From NCBI GenBank assembly GCA_905178155.1, contig CAJINV010000011.1:1757216-1821215 (forward strand): a DNA stretch of 64,000 nt, given 5' to 3'. The position numbers were made by a program, and so were the translations under genes. Shown piece by piece: positions 36,020 through 49,333 of this stretch. Below the pieces are notes generated by a model. It saw nothing but the letters and a program-made list of their open reading frames with translations, searched no databases and was not told the DNA's origin. How positions within the stretch are numbered: position 1 is the first letter of the stretch; the number at the start of each line of letters is the position of its first letter. Source of the stretch: Amoebophrya sp. A120. Lineage: Eukaryota; Protista; Dinoflagellata.

Positions 36020-39000
36020 TTACACGACCCCGCTCTTGCCCCTCCTGCGCAACAAATACAATGCTTTTGCCTGACGCCGCAGCGCCCCGTTGCGCTGGTC
36101 AAACTGAGTGTACAGCTCCTGGAGACGGTCCATACGCTCGTGTAGTTCATCAGGACTGCTGTCTTCTGGCAACATTTCCCTAGTAGTATTGTCCAGCAAC
36201 ACTTCCCGCCAGTGAAGGACGAACCGCGCAAGGGCGCAGAACAGAGACCACTGCAACCGCTTTTCGTCGATGCTGCTCGTCGCGGTCTCCCGCTCGTCCT
36301 CGCCCAAGTGGTCGCGTCTGGGGTCGAAGATAGACAACATGTTCTTGTCAACATCAAGCGGGTTTCGTCCATTGGAAAAAGTATTAGTAAGTCTTTCCGC
36401 CCTTCTGCTCTCCTGCTCGAACAGTGGCACCAAACCCTTCATGGCATCGAGCAGTGCCCAGTGCAGGTGCGACGGCGGCGCGACGGCTGCGGAATAAGTG
36501 TTATCGTAGAGGTAGTGCTGGAGCAAAATCGCGTACAACAGGGGAAAAAACTCGCTCTGCATTCGCTTGTCCTCCCGCTTCTTGAACTGCACCCCACCCC
36601 GCCAGGCTAATTTCAGCACTAGGTAGCAAGCATAGATGTTTTTTCGGTCTTGCTGCGCGTCGTGGTCCACCCTCCGGAGGAGGCGCAGCACGGCGTCGGT
36701 AAGGGTTTGCGAGACCAGATACGTTTTCGGGAATGTGAGCACCGTTTCGTGCGAGCGCGGATCCGCTATCAATTTTGATGTCTCTCGATGACGTGGTAGT
36801 ACTCTTGCCCCTTGGCGGCCGTGCTCGTCGTGGACCACGACTGGGAGATGGACCAGCTCAAGGTGCTTCGAAGGGCGGAATCGGGTTCCCCGATCCGCAA
36901 CAAGCGTTCCCTGGGCGACGTATGCGCGAAATACCATCGCCGTGCCGTAGTTGTTCAGGGCGATACTAGAGTGCAGCTTTTCGGCCGCATCCGCCGCGAC
37001 CGCTTCGTCGTACGCGTTGGTCAGGAAAGATGGCTGCTGTAGGTGTTCCCGACGACGCGCGAACGGACCCTCTGTTGCGGCTCCTGATGTGCTGGACGAG
37101 AGCTGCGATGATGCTGAGGTCGTTCTTGGGGCCCCTTCTTGCATTTTTAATCTTGTTCCCTGTTCAGTCTTCACATCGAAGATCACATAGTCGGCCACTT
37201 GCACAATGTCTAGGTCGAGCAAAGGCTCAGGCCCTGTCGTGCCCTCTCCAAGGTCAGTTTCCTCGAGATGGAAGTCTGGCCCAGCAAGCCAAGGCATATT
37301 ATCCGTTGGCATATCATCATTGTCGTCGCATCCCAGCCCGTCGCCGGCGAGCGTTGCGCATATAGTCCGTGTGACGTGGCGCCGCCTGGGTGCAGGCGCC
37401 AGGAGAGAAGTTGTACCAAAAGCATCTTGGGCAACATCCTGGGGTTCGGCAAAGGGAGACGCGGATGAAGCAGGTCTGTGTGCAGGCATGGGAGGGTCGC
37501 AGTAGGAGCCGTAGTACCCCACACTCGTCCCGTTCGAAGAGCTACTAGCAAGAATTCTTGTTGTTCCGCCAGTGTAGGTGCTGTGGTACTTCTGTCGTGT
37601 GGAAGGAGGTGAACCAGCCGAACCCGCTGAAGCTGCCGTTGGAGACCCATTTGACGTCTCAACACTCTTCACAGGGTGCGCAACGTCGCAAGAACCAGAG
37701 TTCATCTTGTAGTTCCAGCCCTTCAGTACTGTTTGTACAGCTTGGCGCGCGGTTTGAGTTACTCCCTCCGGGCAGCAAGAAGCGAAGGCTTTGGCCACGC
37801 TTCCTGGTCCACATCGTGTGGTCTTCATCTTCGCGTCGCCAGGCGGTTCTGCTTGCGGAGGTCGTGGAGGGGGCTGGCTGATGTCAGCGAACTGGACGAC
37901 CTGCTTGGACTGGGCGCGACTGGAGCATGGACTACTCGGCGTGGTCGGGGTGTACAAAAATCCGGCACAAGAGGTCACGTCCGGACTCCTCGATGAACAG
38001 CCCACAGGGGAGGCAGGCGAGCTGCAACCGCCGGAATTATAGATGGCACCAGAACTACTACAGGGCGGCGAAGTGGAGCACGGCGACGTCCATCCGCCCG
38101 GCGGGCCGCGGCTTGGACTTCTTGTAATTATATCTACCGTAGAAGCACGCCGCACAGGAGGTGGAAGCATTCCTTCAAGTTGCAGCTGGATACGAACTCC
38201 ACCTCCACCGCTCGGTGGAGGTGGTGTGGCGTACCAAGGCGGCGGGCTCGCGGGAGGATGTTGAGCCGAACTATACGACCACGCACCACCGTTGTCCATA
38301 GTAGGGTGTTGATGATGTTGTTGCGCAGGAAAGTATGGGTATGGCGACATCGGTCTGGCAGCTGCTGTATCTTCGGCGGCCATCGCCGGCGCAGGCGCCG
38401 TCGCGCCACCGGCGCACCACGGTTGAGTAGTGCGACAAACGTGGGCCGCTTGTTCCGCCGGTGCCTGAGTTGAAGCTCCCGCCCCCGACAGTGAAGAAAC
38501 TTCTGCACCGGGTGGATTATTATACGGCACCTGCACCATAGGAATAGCGCCCGGAGGAGGCTGGCAGCCAACCGGCAGTCCAATGATGTATCCTCCAGCA
38601 GCTGCAACCGGAGTAGAGCAGGTAACGACCGGAGCAGCAGCTGCTGCTTCTGCAACATGTCGAGGTCCGGCGCCGGCGCCAGGCTCAGACATTTGCACAA
38701 TGCCGGGATTTTTTATTTGCGCGGCTCGCTTCGGTATTGATGCTTTGTTGTTCTTCGTGCCGGTGCTTTGTTCTTGTTGCCCTGGCAAGTACACTGTCGT
38801 ATAGCCATTGCTTACCTGCTTTTTACTGGCCACGCGACTGCTCGGGGCCGTGGAAGCTGCGCTGGTCGGGTCCTGCTCTGTTGTAGTTGTAGAAGCTGTA
38901 CTTCTCTTAGACACAGTACTGTCCTTGCTATCCAGGCGAAGACCGCCCTCGTCTCGCTCAGCCTTGTCCACCACACGACCCGCGTCAACATGCGTCCAAC

Positions 39001-41982
39001 CCCGCGAACTGCGGCCGGCAGAACCAGACGTGCGACCAACTGAACTACGGGAAGGTGGCAAGTCTCCTAGTGCCGCCGCGTGCTCTTGTTCTTGAGCACC
39101 ACGACCCTTCTGCTCGTCCGGAGCATTATGCTCCTTCTTGAAACAACGCAGAAACGCCTCGTCTTCGCTGTCTGCAGAGGAATCGGAAGAAGACCTCGAC
39201 CCGCTACACTTCCGCCGGCGGGTCGCGGCAGAGGGAATCATACCACGGCCACGACCACGTTGGGGAGATGAAACTCCTGCTGGTGCTACAACTGCACCAC
39301 TCCGCGCATCTTCACCGGGAAGCGCACCTCCTGCTCCTGGTGTACCCACAGCCAGTGAAGTCTTGTTCCACCGGCTGTCCTGTTTATCGGAGACCGAGAC
39401 CACTTGTGCCGCGCCGTTTCTTAACATCTTGCTCCCGTCGAGGATGTCCTTTTTTTCCGAGAGTAGCCCAGAGGTCCGCCGTTGGTTTCTTTCAACACCG
39501 GCATTGCTCCCCAAGGTCGTCTTCGTGGCCCCCGCCTCCATCCGTCCGGCCATCGCCAGATGCACCGCGAGGTATCAAATGCAAATGTGTCTGGGTGGTT
39601 CTCTGGAACGAGGCGAACTTGTGACGCGTGTTGCGGAGCATACAAAAATCTGTGTTATTGCATGAGTTGCAAAGGGTGCCCATTTGTGGCTGGAAATGCT
39701 GAAGAGAGGGCATTTCTCAGGAGTCTCACGCAGAATTATAGGCATCACCAAGGGGCTCGGGCTGCTGTAGAACTACCTGTGAAGATGCTAGGCCCCGCAT
39801 TCCAGACAGTTGGCGCAGCTTGTACTTGTTGGAAGAACTGCATGACAAATGTGGGAACGTTCGACCACTTCCAGACGGAGACATTCTATTTGCATCGTTG
39901 ATACAAAGCGCAAGTAAGCAATAAGGGAATCGAGCTCGTCCCGCAAGGAATCGGAATAAGAACTTGTCGTGGGCCCCCGCGAGTTGTCTTCTTCAAGGTC
40001 GTGGCTCTTCGCACCCATCTCTGTTCTCGTTGCCTCGAGGTCCTGTATCAGCAACGGCAACCACTTTGTGTCCTCCACATAGGTCTTCCGCAGCCGGGCC
40101 AAGATCTTCGTTTTCTTGGCGTCCCAGACGTTGGACGTAGTTCTATCTTTCTGTGCAGCTGCTGGTGCTGCTGTAGTCGTGCCAGTCGCGTGGCCATCTA
40201 CTCCGGTGTGTACGTGTTGTAGTTTCTGCCGCGTGTGGTTACTTTCCGTTATTTCCACCCCCGCCGCCGCCGCCGCCGTTCTAGAAGTAGAACCACTAAT
40301 ATTGGCTTGGTATTGCTCGTGCTGCTGCTGCTGGTTTGAGTAGATCACGTCATTCAGGGCCACAACCTGCGCCAGCATGGGAACCAGACAATGCGCTTCC
40401 AGGTCCCAGTCCCGCGCCGCCGGCCGGGCAGGGCCAAGGAGTTTGGCGAAGAAAGCTCGGCCTTTATTCTTATCAAAAAGAAAAATCCCCCCTCCCCATA
40501 TCGAAAACGGAATTTGTGATGCAGTATCTGAGTACACAAGTCGCATTTGTCTTGCTGGAGAGGACTGCAGACCCATATCAAGCCTGAGTAGAGAGGCTTG
40601 ATATGGGTCTGCATGAAAAGCGTCCGCGACGTTGGCTCAACAGCATGACAAACCGGCTCCATAATGGGGCGGAAGCTGCTGCCTTTGTCTTCTTGCAACA
40701 CAGACGTGATTTGCGACCTCAAATCAGCAACACAAATTTTTGAAAACCTACCTCTTCAATATGGGGAGGGGGGATTTTTCCTCTCAATAATTCTCTGGGT
40801 CCTGCAGCACTGGCCAGTAGAGTACCGTCGCATACGATCCAATATTATCAAGTGTAAAAATGTCTGGGTCTGGAAGAATGCGCGATTTGTCATGCTGCTT
40901 TTCCATGACCCATGAGGTCTGGAATGCCGGAGCTAGCATGACAGATTCTGCGAGAACTTTCTAATGCCTATCCTGCATGAGAAACTACCTCCCGACTTGG
41001 TCAAAATTGGGCGACTTTTGGTAATCATGCAACACAGATTTTTGCATGCTGCAGATTTAGCATGACAAGTTGCAATCTTCCAGACCCAGACATTTTTACA
41101 CTGGATAAATATCTCGCTGGCGGCTTCCAGGTGCTGTCGGACGCGAAGATCGTCGTCCTTAAAAAATGTGTCCACGCGGCCCGTGGAGGTCGCTTTGGAT
41201 TTCTTCTTTTTTTCCTTTTTTTGCAGTTTTTTCGGTCTTTGTTGATCTTCTTGTTGGTGTTCTTGATCTTGCGCTTGCCCTCTAGTACTGGGTTCACGTT
41301 CAACATCGTTGTTCCGTACGGTTGTAGTTCTTGGTCGTGGACCAGAGGAAGCTCCTGTACCAGCATCTACTTCATCTCGGGGCTGCGCATCATCCACGTG
41401 CTGAGGTTGTTGTTCGTTGGAATCACCATCAGGCGACGAATTCGACGAAGAGCGAAGCTTGTCCGGAATAAACCGCGGGCCTTCCCTCCTTTCGAGGAGC
41501 TCCAGCTCGCGTCGAATTTTTTGCTGCTTTCTCCACGAAAGCGCGTCCCAGGAACTTCCCAATATACCATCCCAACTAATTTGGCCCTGGTATTCCTGCC
41601 AAGTAGGCATTCGCACTTCGTAGGCGCTTCGAGGAGGCGGAACCAGCGGACCGCCTTGGTGCTCAGATAACGGCTGCGGCGGGCCCATCATGGTGGACAC
41701 TGCATGGACCACGAGGACGCCCGATTTTGTGATAGTACATTCGAGGTAATAAAAGTAGAACCCCCCAAGTAGAACCATGAGACGGCAGCAGATACTGCAC
41801 AACCACGAAGCCGCTGAGCTCGCTGGCAAAAGCCGGCTGCATTTTTGCTTCGCGGATATTGAAGCCGTCGTCGTCATGATGCTGGAAGCGGTTTGTATTT
41901 GTATGTTTATTTCTATCGTCGTGTCACAGATACAGATAGATGTTCTGTCCTCGCGCTTCAGAAGGGCTAAAACTAAATGCAA
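36020..41982 (-). CDS. Large hypothetical protein (Pro/Ser-rich middle, helical C-terminal part, hydrophobic segment near the N-terminus)
   Basis: 1181-aa ORF 36020..39565 plus upstream ORFs 39788..40576 and 40933..41982, separated by three elements. The junction at 40846 is not in frame by simple removal. Confidence 0.6.
39573..39903. mobile_element. Introner, family A (diverged)
   Basis: Imperfect TIRs; degenerate repeat CGAGG/CAAAG; frame restored (YLRF|AVHL). Confidence 0.8.
40471..40789. mobile_element. Introner, family G
   Basis: TIRs; direct repeat ATTCT. Confidence 0.88.
40846..41107. mobile_element. Introner, family A
   Basis: TIRs; direct repeat AATAT. Confidence 0.9.
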
Positions 41983-43099
41983 ATGTACATGTAGTACTAA
42001 AAGCTGTTTTCGAAAAATTATAGCTACAGTGATAGATAGAAAGCCTACTTTTAGTTAAGTTGGTAAAGGTCGTAGAGGATGAGGTAAATAAGTAGAACAG
42101 AAAATCGGATTAAAAATGAATCTGTGCATTCGTCAGAATTAGTTTTACGATTGCACCATTTTCTGATGAAGACGATAAGATAATGGTAAGTCCAAGTCGT
42201 AGAAAGTGCTTCCGGAACTTGATCAGACGAGTTAGGGAATTTGAGGATCCACATTGGATCCAGCACAGAGAGTGAAAGATAGATGTAGATCTTGATCTTC
42301 TGCATAAGTACTTACTCCAAAGTATGATCTACTCCGTGGTCTCCTGGTCCTGTATTTACTATACCCCTTTCCGAAACAGCTGCACAAGTGATCTTACGTA
42401 GCTACCGTGGCCGGGCGTTAGAGAGGACCACAGATGATCTTCGTGTGTGATCCGATCTTCCAGATCTTCAGCGGACCAGCCAACAAGAAGATCCGATCTT
42501 GATCCAGATCAGCGGCAAGGGTCATCATGATGCCACGCAGAAGTGTGTAAAAACGCGTTGTAGTCGCGTCTTGTTTGTACACGGATCGAAAAGTTAAAGT
42601 AGTAGGAAGGTGAAACTCCAGAACATCAAAATTTTCAGAAATTTGTTGCGCTTTTTCCTACTGCGAGAACTACCGGCTCTGCCTTGTTCTCTGTTGCTCT
42701 TGGTGTTTTGTGCCATTACCATTGATCGTCGATACGCGATTGCCATTGCCCATGATTATGTGCTGTCTGCATATATTATTCGATTGATCTATCTACCTTC
42801 GATTGGCTCATTTTTTTTTTCTTGTCCGTGGAACCGATAGTCATGCCTGGTTTATTTTTTGACAAGCGCTGCTACACTGGTTTTAATCTTTTACTTTTCA
42901 CTGTTACAAAACTCACGCCCATATTAAAAACGACGTCGGTGACGAGGTCGGGGAGTTCCTCGTAAACGTCGCATCTGAAGATACCCCAGTTGTTTATTCC
43001 CGTTGGTTTGCCGCAAGCACCGCGAGCTGCACTCACACATCAACACTTACACTGAGCATCGACAGGCCGCTTTTGTCCAAAATATTCGTCCTGCTTCTT

Positions 43100-46000
43100 C
43101 TACTCGCAGCACAACTTGTAATCGAAGCTGGAGAGGACAATCGCGAACGCCTGATAGGGGCTCAGTGGGTACCGGAAGTCCATGTTGAACGTGTCCTTTC
43201 CCACGCGGCCAAACTGCAATAAAACCGTGTCCGGGTCGTGGGCGGAAACCAACTGGAAGTTTTTCACCGAGGCCTGCGTCACGCGCTTGTTGAAGTTCAA
43301 CACGAAGGCCCCAAGCTGGTCGTTCCACTTCGGCGCTTTGTTTTGGTACACGTCGATAGGGGCTTGGTGTAGTTGCTGTAACGGGTTGTTCGCGTTGTTG
43401 TAACTATGGTGAGCGGAACTACTCATCCCGCCGTCTACTCCTGAAAGATGCTGCATGGCGCCGTTGGGTTGCATCATGACGTTCCCCTGTGCGGTGGTAT
43501 TCGGCTGGAACCCGTTCGTGCCACTAGGCGGAGCGGAGGGAGCGCCGTTTGAAGATGAACTACTTCCACCCCCGGGTACGACCCCAAACGACTTCGCAGC
43601 AGAAAGCAATCCGGCGTCGTTCGCATGCAGTTATCAACTGTAAAAATGTCTGGGTCTGGAAGAATTCATGTTTGTCATGCTTGTCTGGCATGACTCTTAA
43701 ATCTGTCATGCACGTTACCCAAGAGCTCCGCTTTTCTGTGATGCAGAAGCGCAGTTTGTCATGCAGAATAGGCAACACCTAGGAGCTCAGAAACTTGTCA
43801 TGCTGAGCCAGCATCTGTAGCCTCATCATGAGACTCCACCCAGCATCACAAGTTTCCAGACCCAGACACTTTTACTTTTGATAGCAGTGGCCGGCACACG
43901 ATGGGTTGGTCGTCGGGCTGGCGCAACTTGGGATATCCTATGTAAAAACGTACCCACACCATAGTTGTAATGCAAATCTGCATGCTGAAAATGTTTCTCA
44001 TGCGGAGCCCCACGAGAAGCAGTTTCTAGTCGTGTTTTGCAATTTGTCATGCTCCAATCAGCATGGTATGCTAGGTCTGTGATGCTGCTGAGCTAGCTCA
44101 AACAGCACTACACTACGAATCCAAATTTGTGATGCAAAACAGCCAAAACTTGTGGATTTGTCTAGCCGATTCCCCATCTTGACTATGGTGTGGGTACGTT
44201 TTTACTCAGGATATGGGAATGATCACGTTCATCTGGCGCGGCCCACGCGGTTTTTTCCCTGTAACGGATAGCCGTCCTTTTTGAGAAAAAGAAAAAAATC
44301 GACAACATGTTGATCATGAAGTAAATCGCTCGTAGCTTGTTTTCTCTTCACTCCTCTGGTCTAGGTCTACGAAGACATCATGTGGATGAAGTGGAAGAAA
44401 AATATAAATGCGGTAAACCGTGTTAGTAGGTCCGGAGCTCTAATACGCTCGGTATGTGTTGATACACTTCATGTGGAAGTAGTAGATCATGCTGGAAAGG
44501 GCTGTCATTCAACACCAAATCTTTATCTTTTGTCACGCCATAATTCCGATGAAAAAATCAAGGAGCTTACAACGCCGGAAAACAAGTCCTATACCCCATA
44601 TGGTGCTGCTGTAGGTAATGGCACAGAGTTCTTCCCTGTAATCTTCTGGCCTGCGGTTGCCGCCCTTGTTTGGGTTTAGGCCGTTTGAGTAAGCCACGAA
44701 CTCGCTGCCCATGAAGTTGCTTCGTAACTTTCCCAAACAGTTCACACCCTGCGGATTTAGGTCGTTCTCGCCCATGGAAATGCAGTAGTTACCTGAAAGA
44801 TATTTTTTTGTTTCGTTTATCTTTCGAGCCTGTTTGTGATTGTGTTGTACATATTTGTCATACAGCACAGTAGTTCATCCCGCCGTGTACACATGTGCAT
44901 TGACATTTTAGGCACTGCAGCGTCAACAAAATATCAAATTGAAATTCCAATCAGTACTTGTCTTGTTCTTCTTTCGTTTCTGGGAAGACATGAGGAAAAA
45001 CGCCCCCTGCTCCGTAAACATCTTGTACTTCGGATAAAACTTGCTCGCTAAACCTCCAGATCGCGTCACGTAGCACTCCATCAAAACTCCCCGTGGCAGT
45101 CTGTTCATCAGGAACTGGGGCAAGCTCGGCCCGATCATCGAGGGCAAAAATCTCCTTGCGCCGAGGGACAGGGAGTTTGCGAGCGGGTCCCCCATGGGGT
45201 TGCCGCCGCCGCTATACAAGCTCCCGCTTTGCGTGTTGGTGGACGCGCACGGGTCGAACACACTAGCGAGACCTTATCGTAGTTTTACGTTTATGCATTA
45301 CAAGTCTAGTCCGATCAAGGTAAATCCGCAATACAAATTTCATTTGTAATGTAATCATGCTAATGCCATACATACCATCACAAATTCACACATTCCGTCA
45401 AGAAGAAGATCAAATACCTCTCGATTGCAGCTGGTACTCCGTGTGTTTTGGTGAGAGATGGTCGTTCTGCAGCTGCACGGGGGATACGGCTTCCACCACC
45501 GGGAGCTCCGTATCATCAATGGCGACGGGCGCGTCGCTGTTACCGCCGTGAAACTGCGGATTCATCTCGTTAAAGTCACTACCCGCTTCGGAGATTACAT
45601 CGGAAGTGGTGTCGACCTCTACTTCGCAACTGGGTGCGGAGGACAGAATCGTGGCAGCGGCGGGAGCACCAGAGGCGTTATTGTCGAAGGTGGATGATGT
45701 TGTTCCGGCTGTGCTCGGGTCCGGGGGTGGTGCTGGTGGGTCCTGGGTAAATAAAAACCACCGAGTTCTTGAAGTGTTAGTGTTCTTCTGATGTTCTTTC
45801 TTGCTAGTGCAAGGGAGTGATATAGATAAAACCAGCCACCCCACGACGGAAAAAATGTGCAAAAAATTCAAAACGTGCAATGCAGAAAAAGCTGCTGCAC
45901 GGCACATATGATAGATGCAGTTCAACGACACGACAAAGAACTCAATATACCTCACTAAAACTGGGCCTCGTTGGTTCCGGTACCTCGAAGAGATCTGCTG

Positions 46001-47685
46001 TACTTTTTCGCCTCGGTTGTGATGGCTCTTCTGGACTCAACCCTTGATTCCCACCGAATCCTTGGTTCGAACGGATCTGTGGATATTATCAAAAATAAAA
46101 AAGTGAGACGAGTGGTGCCAAGTGAAAGAAACTGCACATAAAAACTACTGTAAAAGCCGGTGTATCAGTATCAAATCATTACCAGCCCATAGCTTTGCGT
46201 GACCGCTCCGCCTCCGCCCATCTTGCGCTGCATCATTGCCCGCTGCTGCTGCAGCTTCTGCTGCCTCGTCATCGCATCCTCCCCATCCCCGCGGTAGCTG
46301 GTACTGCCGACCGAGCCGCCGCCCGCATACTGTGGTAAACCCACGGACGACGAGACGCCCGCGCCTCCGGCTCCGCTCGATGCTGGAACCTGTGCTGGGC
46401 CACTATTGCTTGAATAATTCGCATACGGCGAAGAGTATATTCCTGCATTCGACTGCAACAGCTGCTGTCGTCGAGCCTCTTCTATCTCTTCTGCGAGCTG
46501 AAGCTCGAGTATGGGTGCTCCTTGTTGGCCTTCACTAACAATTATATCATTTTCCTGGTAAGTGAAGATATGATGTTCTTGGTCATGTGGCGGGTCCGGG
46601 TCCATTTCCATTTCATCCATATCCATCTGCGCGTAGTTTATGATAGGCTCTGTATTCAGCATTCCCGATCCCGTCTGCTGCATATCCACTCCCATTAGCT
46701 CTCGGTAGTATTCAGGCGAGGGGCCCTGGATTCTCGGTGTCATGCGCCCTCCTGCCGACGTTGGCCTTCCACGATCGTTCCCAGACGCGGAGCCTGGTCC
46801 TCGCAGCGAATCGTATTGGCTTCGCCGTCGCTCTCTGCTTTTTGGTACCACTATGGCACCACTTTGGCTCTCTATTTCCTCCCTCTGAGGCGATGTTGCA
46901 GCTGTTGAAGACTCATTCATAATTCCTGCCCTCACCCGCTCTCGTGCTTCCGCGGCGCGCCAGCGCGGCGCCGCGGCACGGGGATTGATCGCATTTCCAT
47001 TTTTACTACTGTTGTTTCCCAACTTGTTATTTTTCGCCTGTCGTTGCAGCTCCCTCTGTCGCGTGGCTTTGTCGAAATCCCGATCCAATTTCGCGAGTTC
47101 ATTGTTCAAAGCATTGTCCAAATCCAGATCTGTGTCTTGCTGCTCGCCCACGAAGAGAAAAGCGGAGTTTCTAGAACGATCTTCCTGTCGCGGAGTTGTA
47201 GAGCGTCCACTGTGGTCCGCCAAAATTTTTGTCTTCCTATGGTGCCTGATCGGAATTGTTGAAGCCCCACCCTTCTTGTCGTTTCGCGCCCCCACATCCA
47301 CGACGCTCATGGCCGTCTCACCTGTGAGGACTACCGGCGCAGTCAGTGGGCGTGGGGCGGGCGGAAAGACGTTCTCTTTATCCCTGTAATCCGAGATCAG
47401 CATCAGCTTCCGAAATTGCTCGTCCGGGGTGAGAACCTCGTCGGACGATACACCGCGGATCAACTCGTCGGAGTTATTTGGCACCGGCCGTTGGTCCTCA
47501 CCGTTCTCAGTACTGGCGGTTGTCGGTAGACTTCTCTCAATGAAGTTCCAGTTCGCTCTTGCAATATATGGATCCTTGCTCTGGTAGTCCTCAATGTTAT
47601 AGGCATAACCCTGCTGCTCTCCCTCTCTGTACACGTTTTTCTGGTCAAGCTGGAAGTTGTGTTCCTGATCATGATGAAAATTCAT
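43100..47685 (-). CDS. Tubby-like protein (C-terminal Tub domain)
   Basis: Signature C-terminus [31 protein letters not shown]...[39 protein letters not shown]. Upstream exons carry [13 protein letters not shown] and KRKKNKTS; disordered N-terminal exon 46171..47685. Confidence 0.92.
43632..43883. mobile_element. Introner, family A
   Basis: TIRs; direct repeat GCAGT; within the Tubby gene. Confidence 0.9.
43934..44213. mobile_element. Introner, family B
   Basis: TIRs; direct repeat TGGGA. Confidence 0.9.
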
Positions 47686-49179
47686 AATATTAATACCCTC
47701 GCTATTCTCTCGATTGTAGCGCTAAAGATGTTTTGCTTTTGTTTTATTTTATTTTATTCGATGTTGCATAAGTTCAAGGATTTCCATTCAGGATCAGCAA
47801 GAACAGAATTCTAGCCACCACCAGTTTTCTGTCTCATTTCGATGCAGCAGAACCGATGAAAATGGTACCTGTCCACTAAGAGGCTTTACGTCATCTTCAA
47901 ACAGATCCTTGCTGAGGAACATATTGGACGAGGAAGACACGGGCTGTCGACCACGACAAAAGATGGGACAAGGCTGGTTGCTCCTTCGGTCTCAGTGGTC
48001 GGGTGCTGTGGTAGGGCACTTAAACTCGGGGGTAGTAGCTGGGTCGTGATGGTGCCCTCGTGTACTTCTACGTCTCGGTGCCTCCTATGTTCTTCCGCAA
48101 AAACTGTTCCTGCTTGCGTCGTTGTGCTGCACGGAGGCAAGGGAAGATCTTCACTGGAAACCAAACCCGGAGCTGCTTCAGGGCCTAATTTTTGCATCTG
48201 AAAATGATCAAAAGAATTTGTACATTTTTCCGAAAATAGAAAAGAAGTCGCGTTCTTTCAAAGTATTCATTGGAAATGAAAAATGGGTAGAAGACATGGT
48301 CGAAGGCATTCTTTCTTCTTTACACTGAGAATGGAATTATTTGGTAGAAATAAGGGTATATGCGGTAGTAATGATGTGCAGATGTTTGTTGACCTACTGG
48401 TAGAAATGCGCAGGTTGTTGGTTTTTGCAGAATGTGAATGTCACCAAAACGGGAATCAGGGTGTTAAAAATCAGGGGGACATAATTCTACTTGAAGGGTA
48501 GCTTGATTGGCTAGTGTCGTGGCAGAAAAAAACGGAAGATACTAGCGCGCAAGAATCACAATATGTAGTTCAGTTGCTAGGAACATTCGCTTCTCCGGAC
48601 AACAGAGTGTGCAGAATGGTCGTACTACCAGCCGCCATGCTGGAATGCAATCACTTCTACTTCATCACACACAGGACAGATGTTTTTGTACACACACGGT
48701 CATGGACAACATGGACTCTGAGACATTTTTCGCACGCGGTTCCGGTGTGCACCACTCGTCTTTTTGTTTTTAGTCCTCACATCAAGCACAGACAATCTCT
48801 TGTAGTTTCACCGAAATGTAGATAAACCGAATCGACTGACTGGTTTTCCGCTTAGCTCTGTAAGCCCGTACTAGCTAGCGCGAACAAAAGCAATAGCTTA
48901 TCCGAAGCTCACTGGCACAGACGACGGCGTAACTCATTTTCTATTTGCAGGGGAAGTTTCACTTTTGCAATTTCTTCCAGTGCATACGAAGGCGGTTTTG
49001 TGTCAGGTGCATTAATATTTACGCATGGCCTGACAGAGCAGACGCCTTTCGACGCGCCGTCTTGGTTCTGAAACTAAATTTGAGAGCTCGCTTGCTTGTG
49101 AGTAAATCGAAAAAAGTTGGAATAGTAACCTGAGTTTATTAGCTCGCTAGTCCTAGTACCGCGTTGGACGATTCAGAAA

Positions 49180-49333
49180 CCTGAGTCAAGCCGCTGGAGC
49201 GGCTTGACTCAGGAAAAACTACCTATTTGATACCTCCGAAACGCTCTGCAATGTGTCGAGCGTTTTTATTAAGATTCTCTATCGTATCGGGGAATCTTAA
49301 TTCTGTGAAATTTTTGTTGAACTAGTTTTCAAC
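49180..49333 (+). ncRNA. Candidate structured small RNA (four consecutive hairpins plus an Sm-type site); speculative
   Basis: Stems at 49180-49213, 49239-49265, 49268-49301 and 49316-49333; AATTTTTG at 49309-49316. Confidence 0.3.

Noticed and set aside
20141-47389. Many + strand ORFs overlapping the long minus-strand genes
   Set aside because: Antisense shadows of GC-rich coding sequence with no recognisable domains.
47886-48197. 103-aa ORF upstream of the Tubby gene
   Set aside because: It could be an extra 5' exon, but I could not establish a convincing junction or motif.
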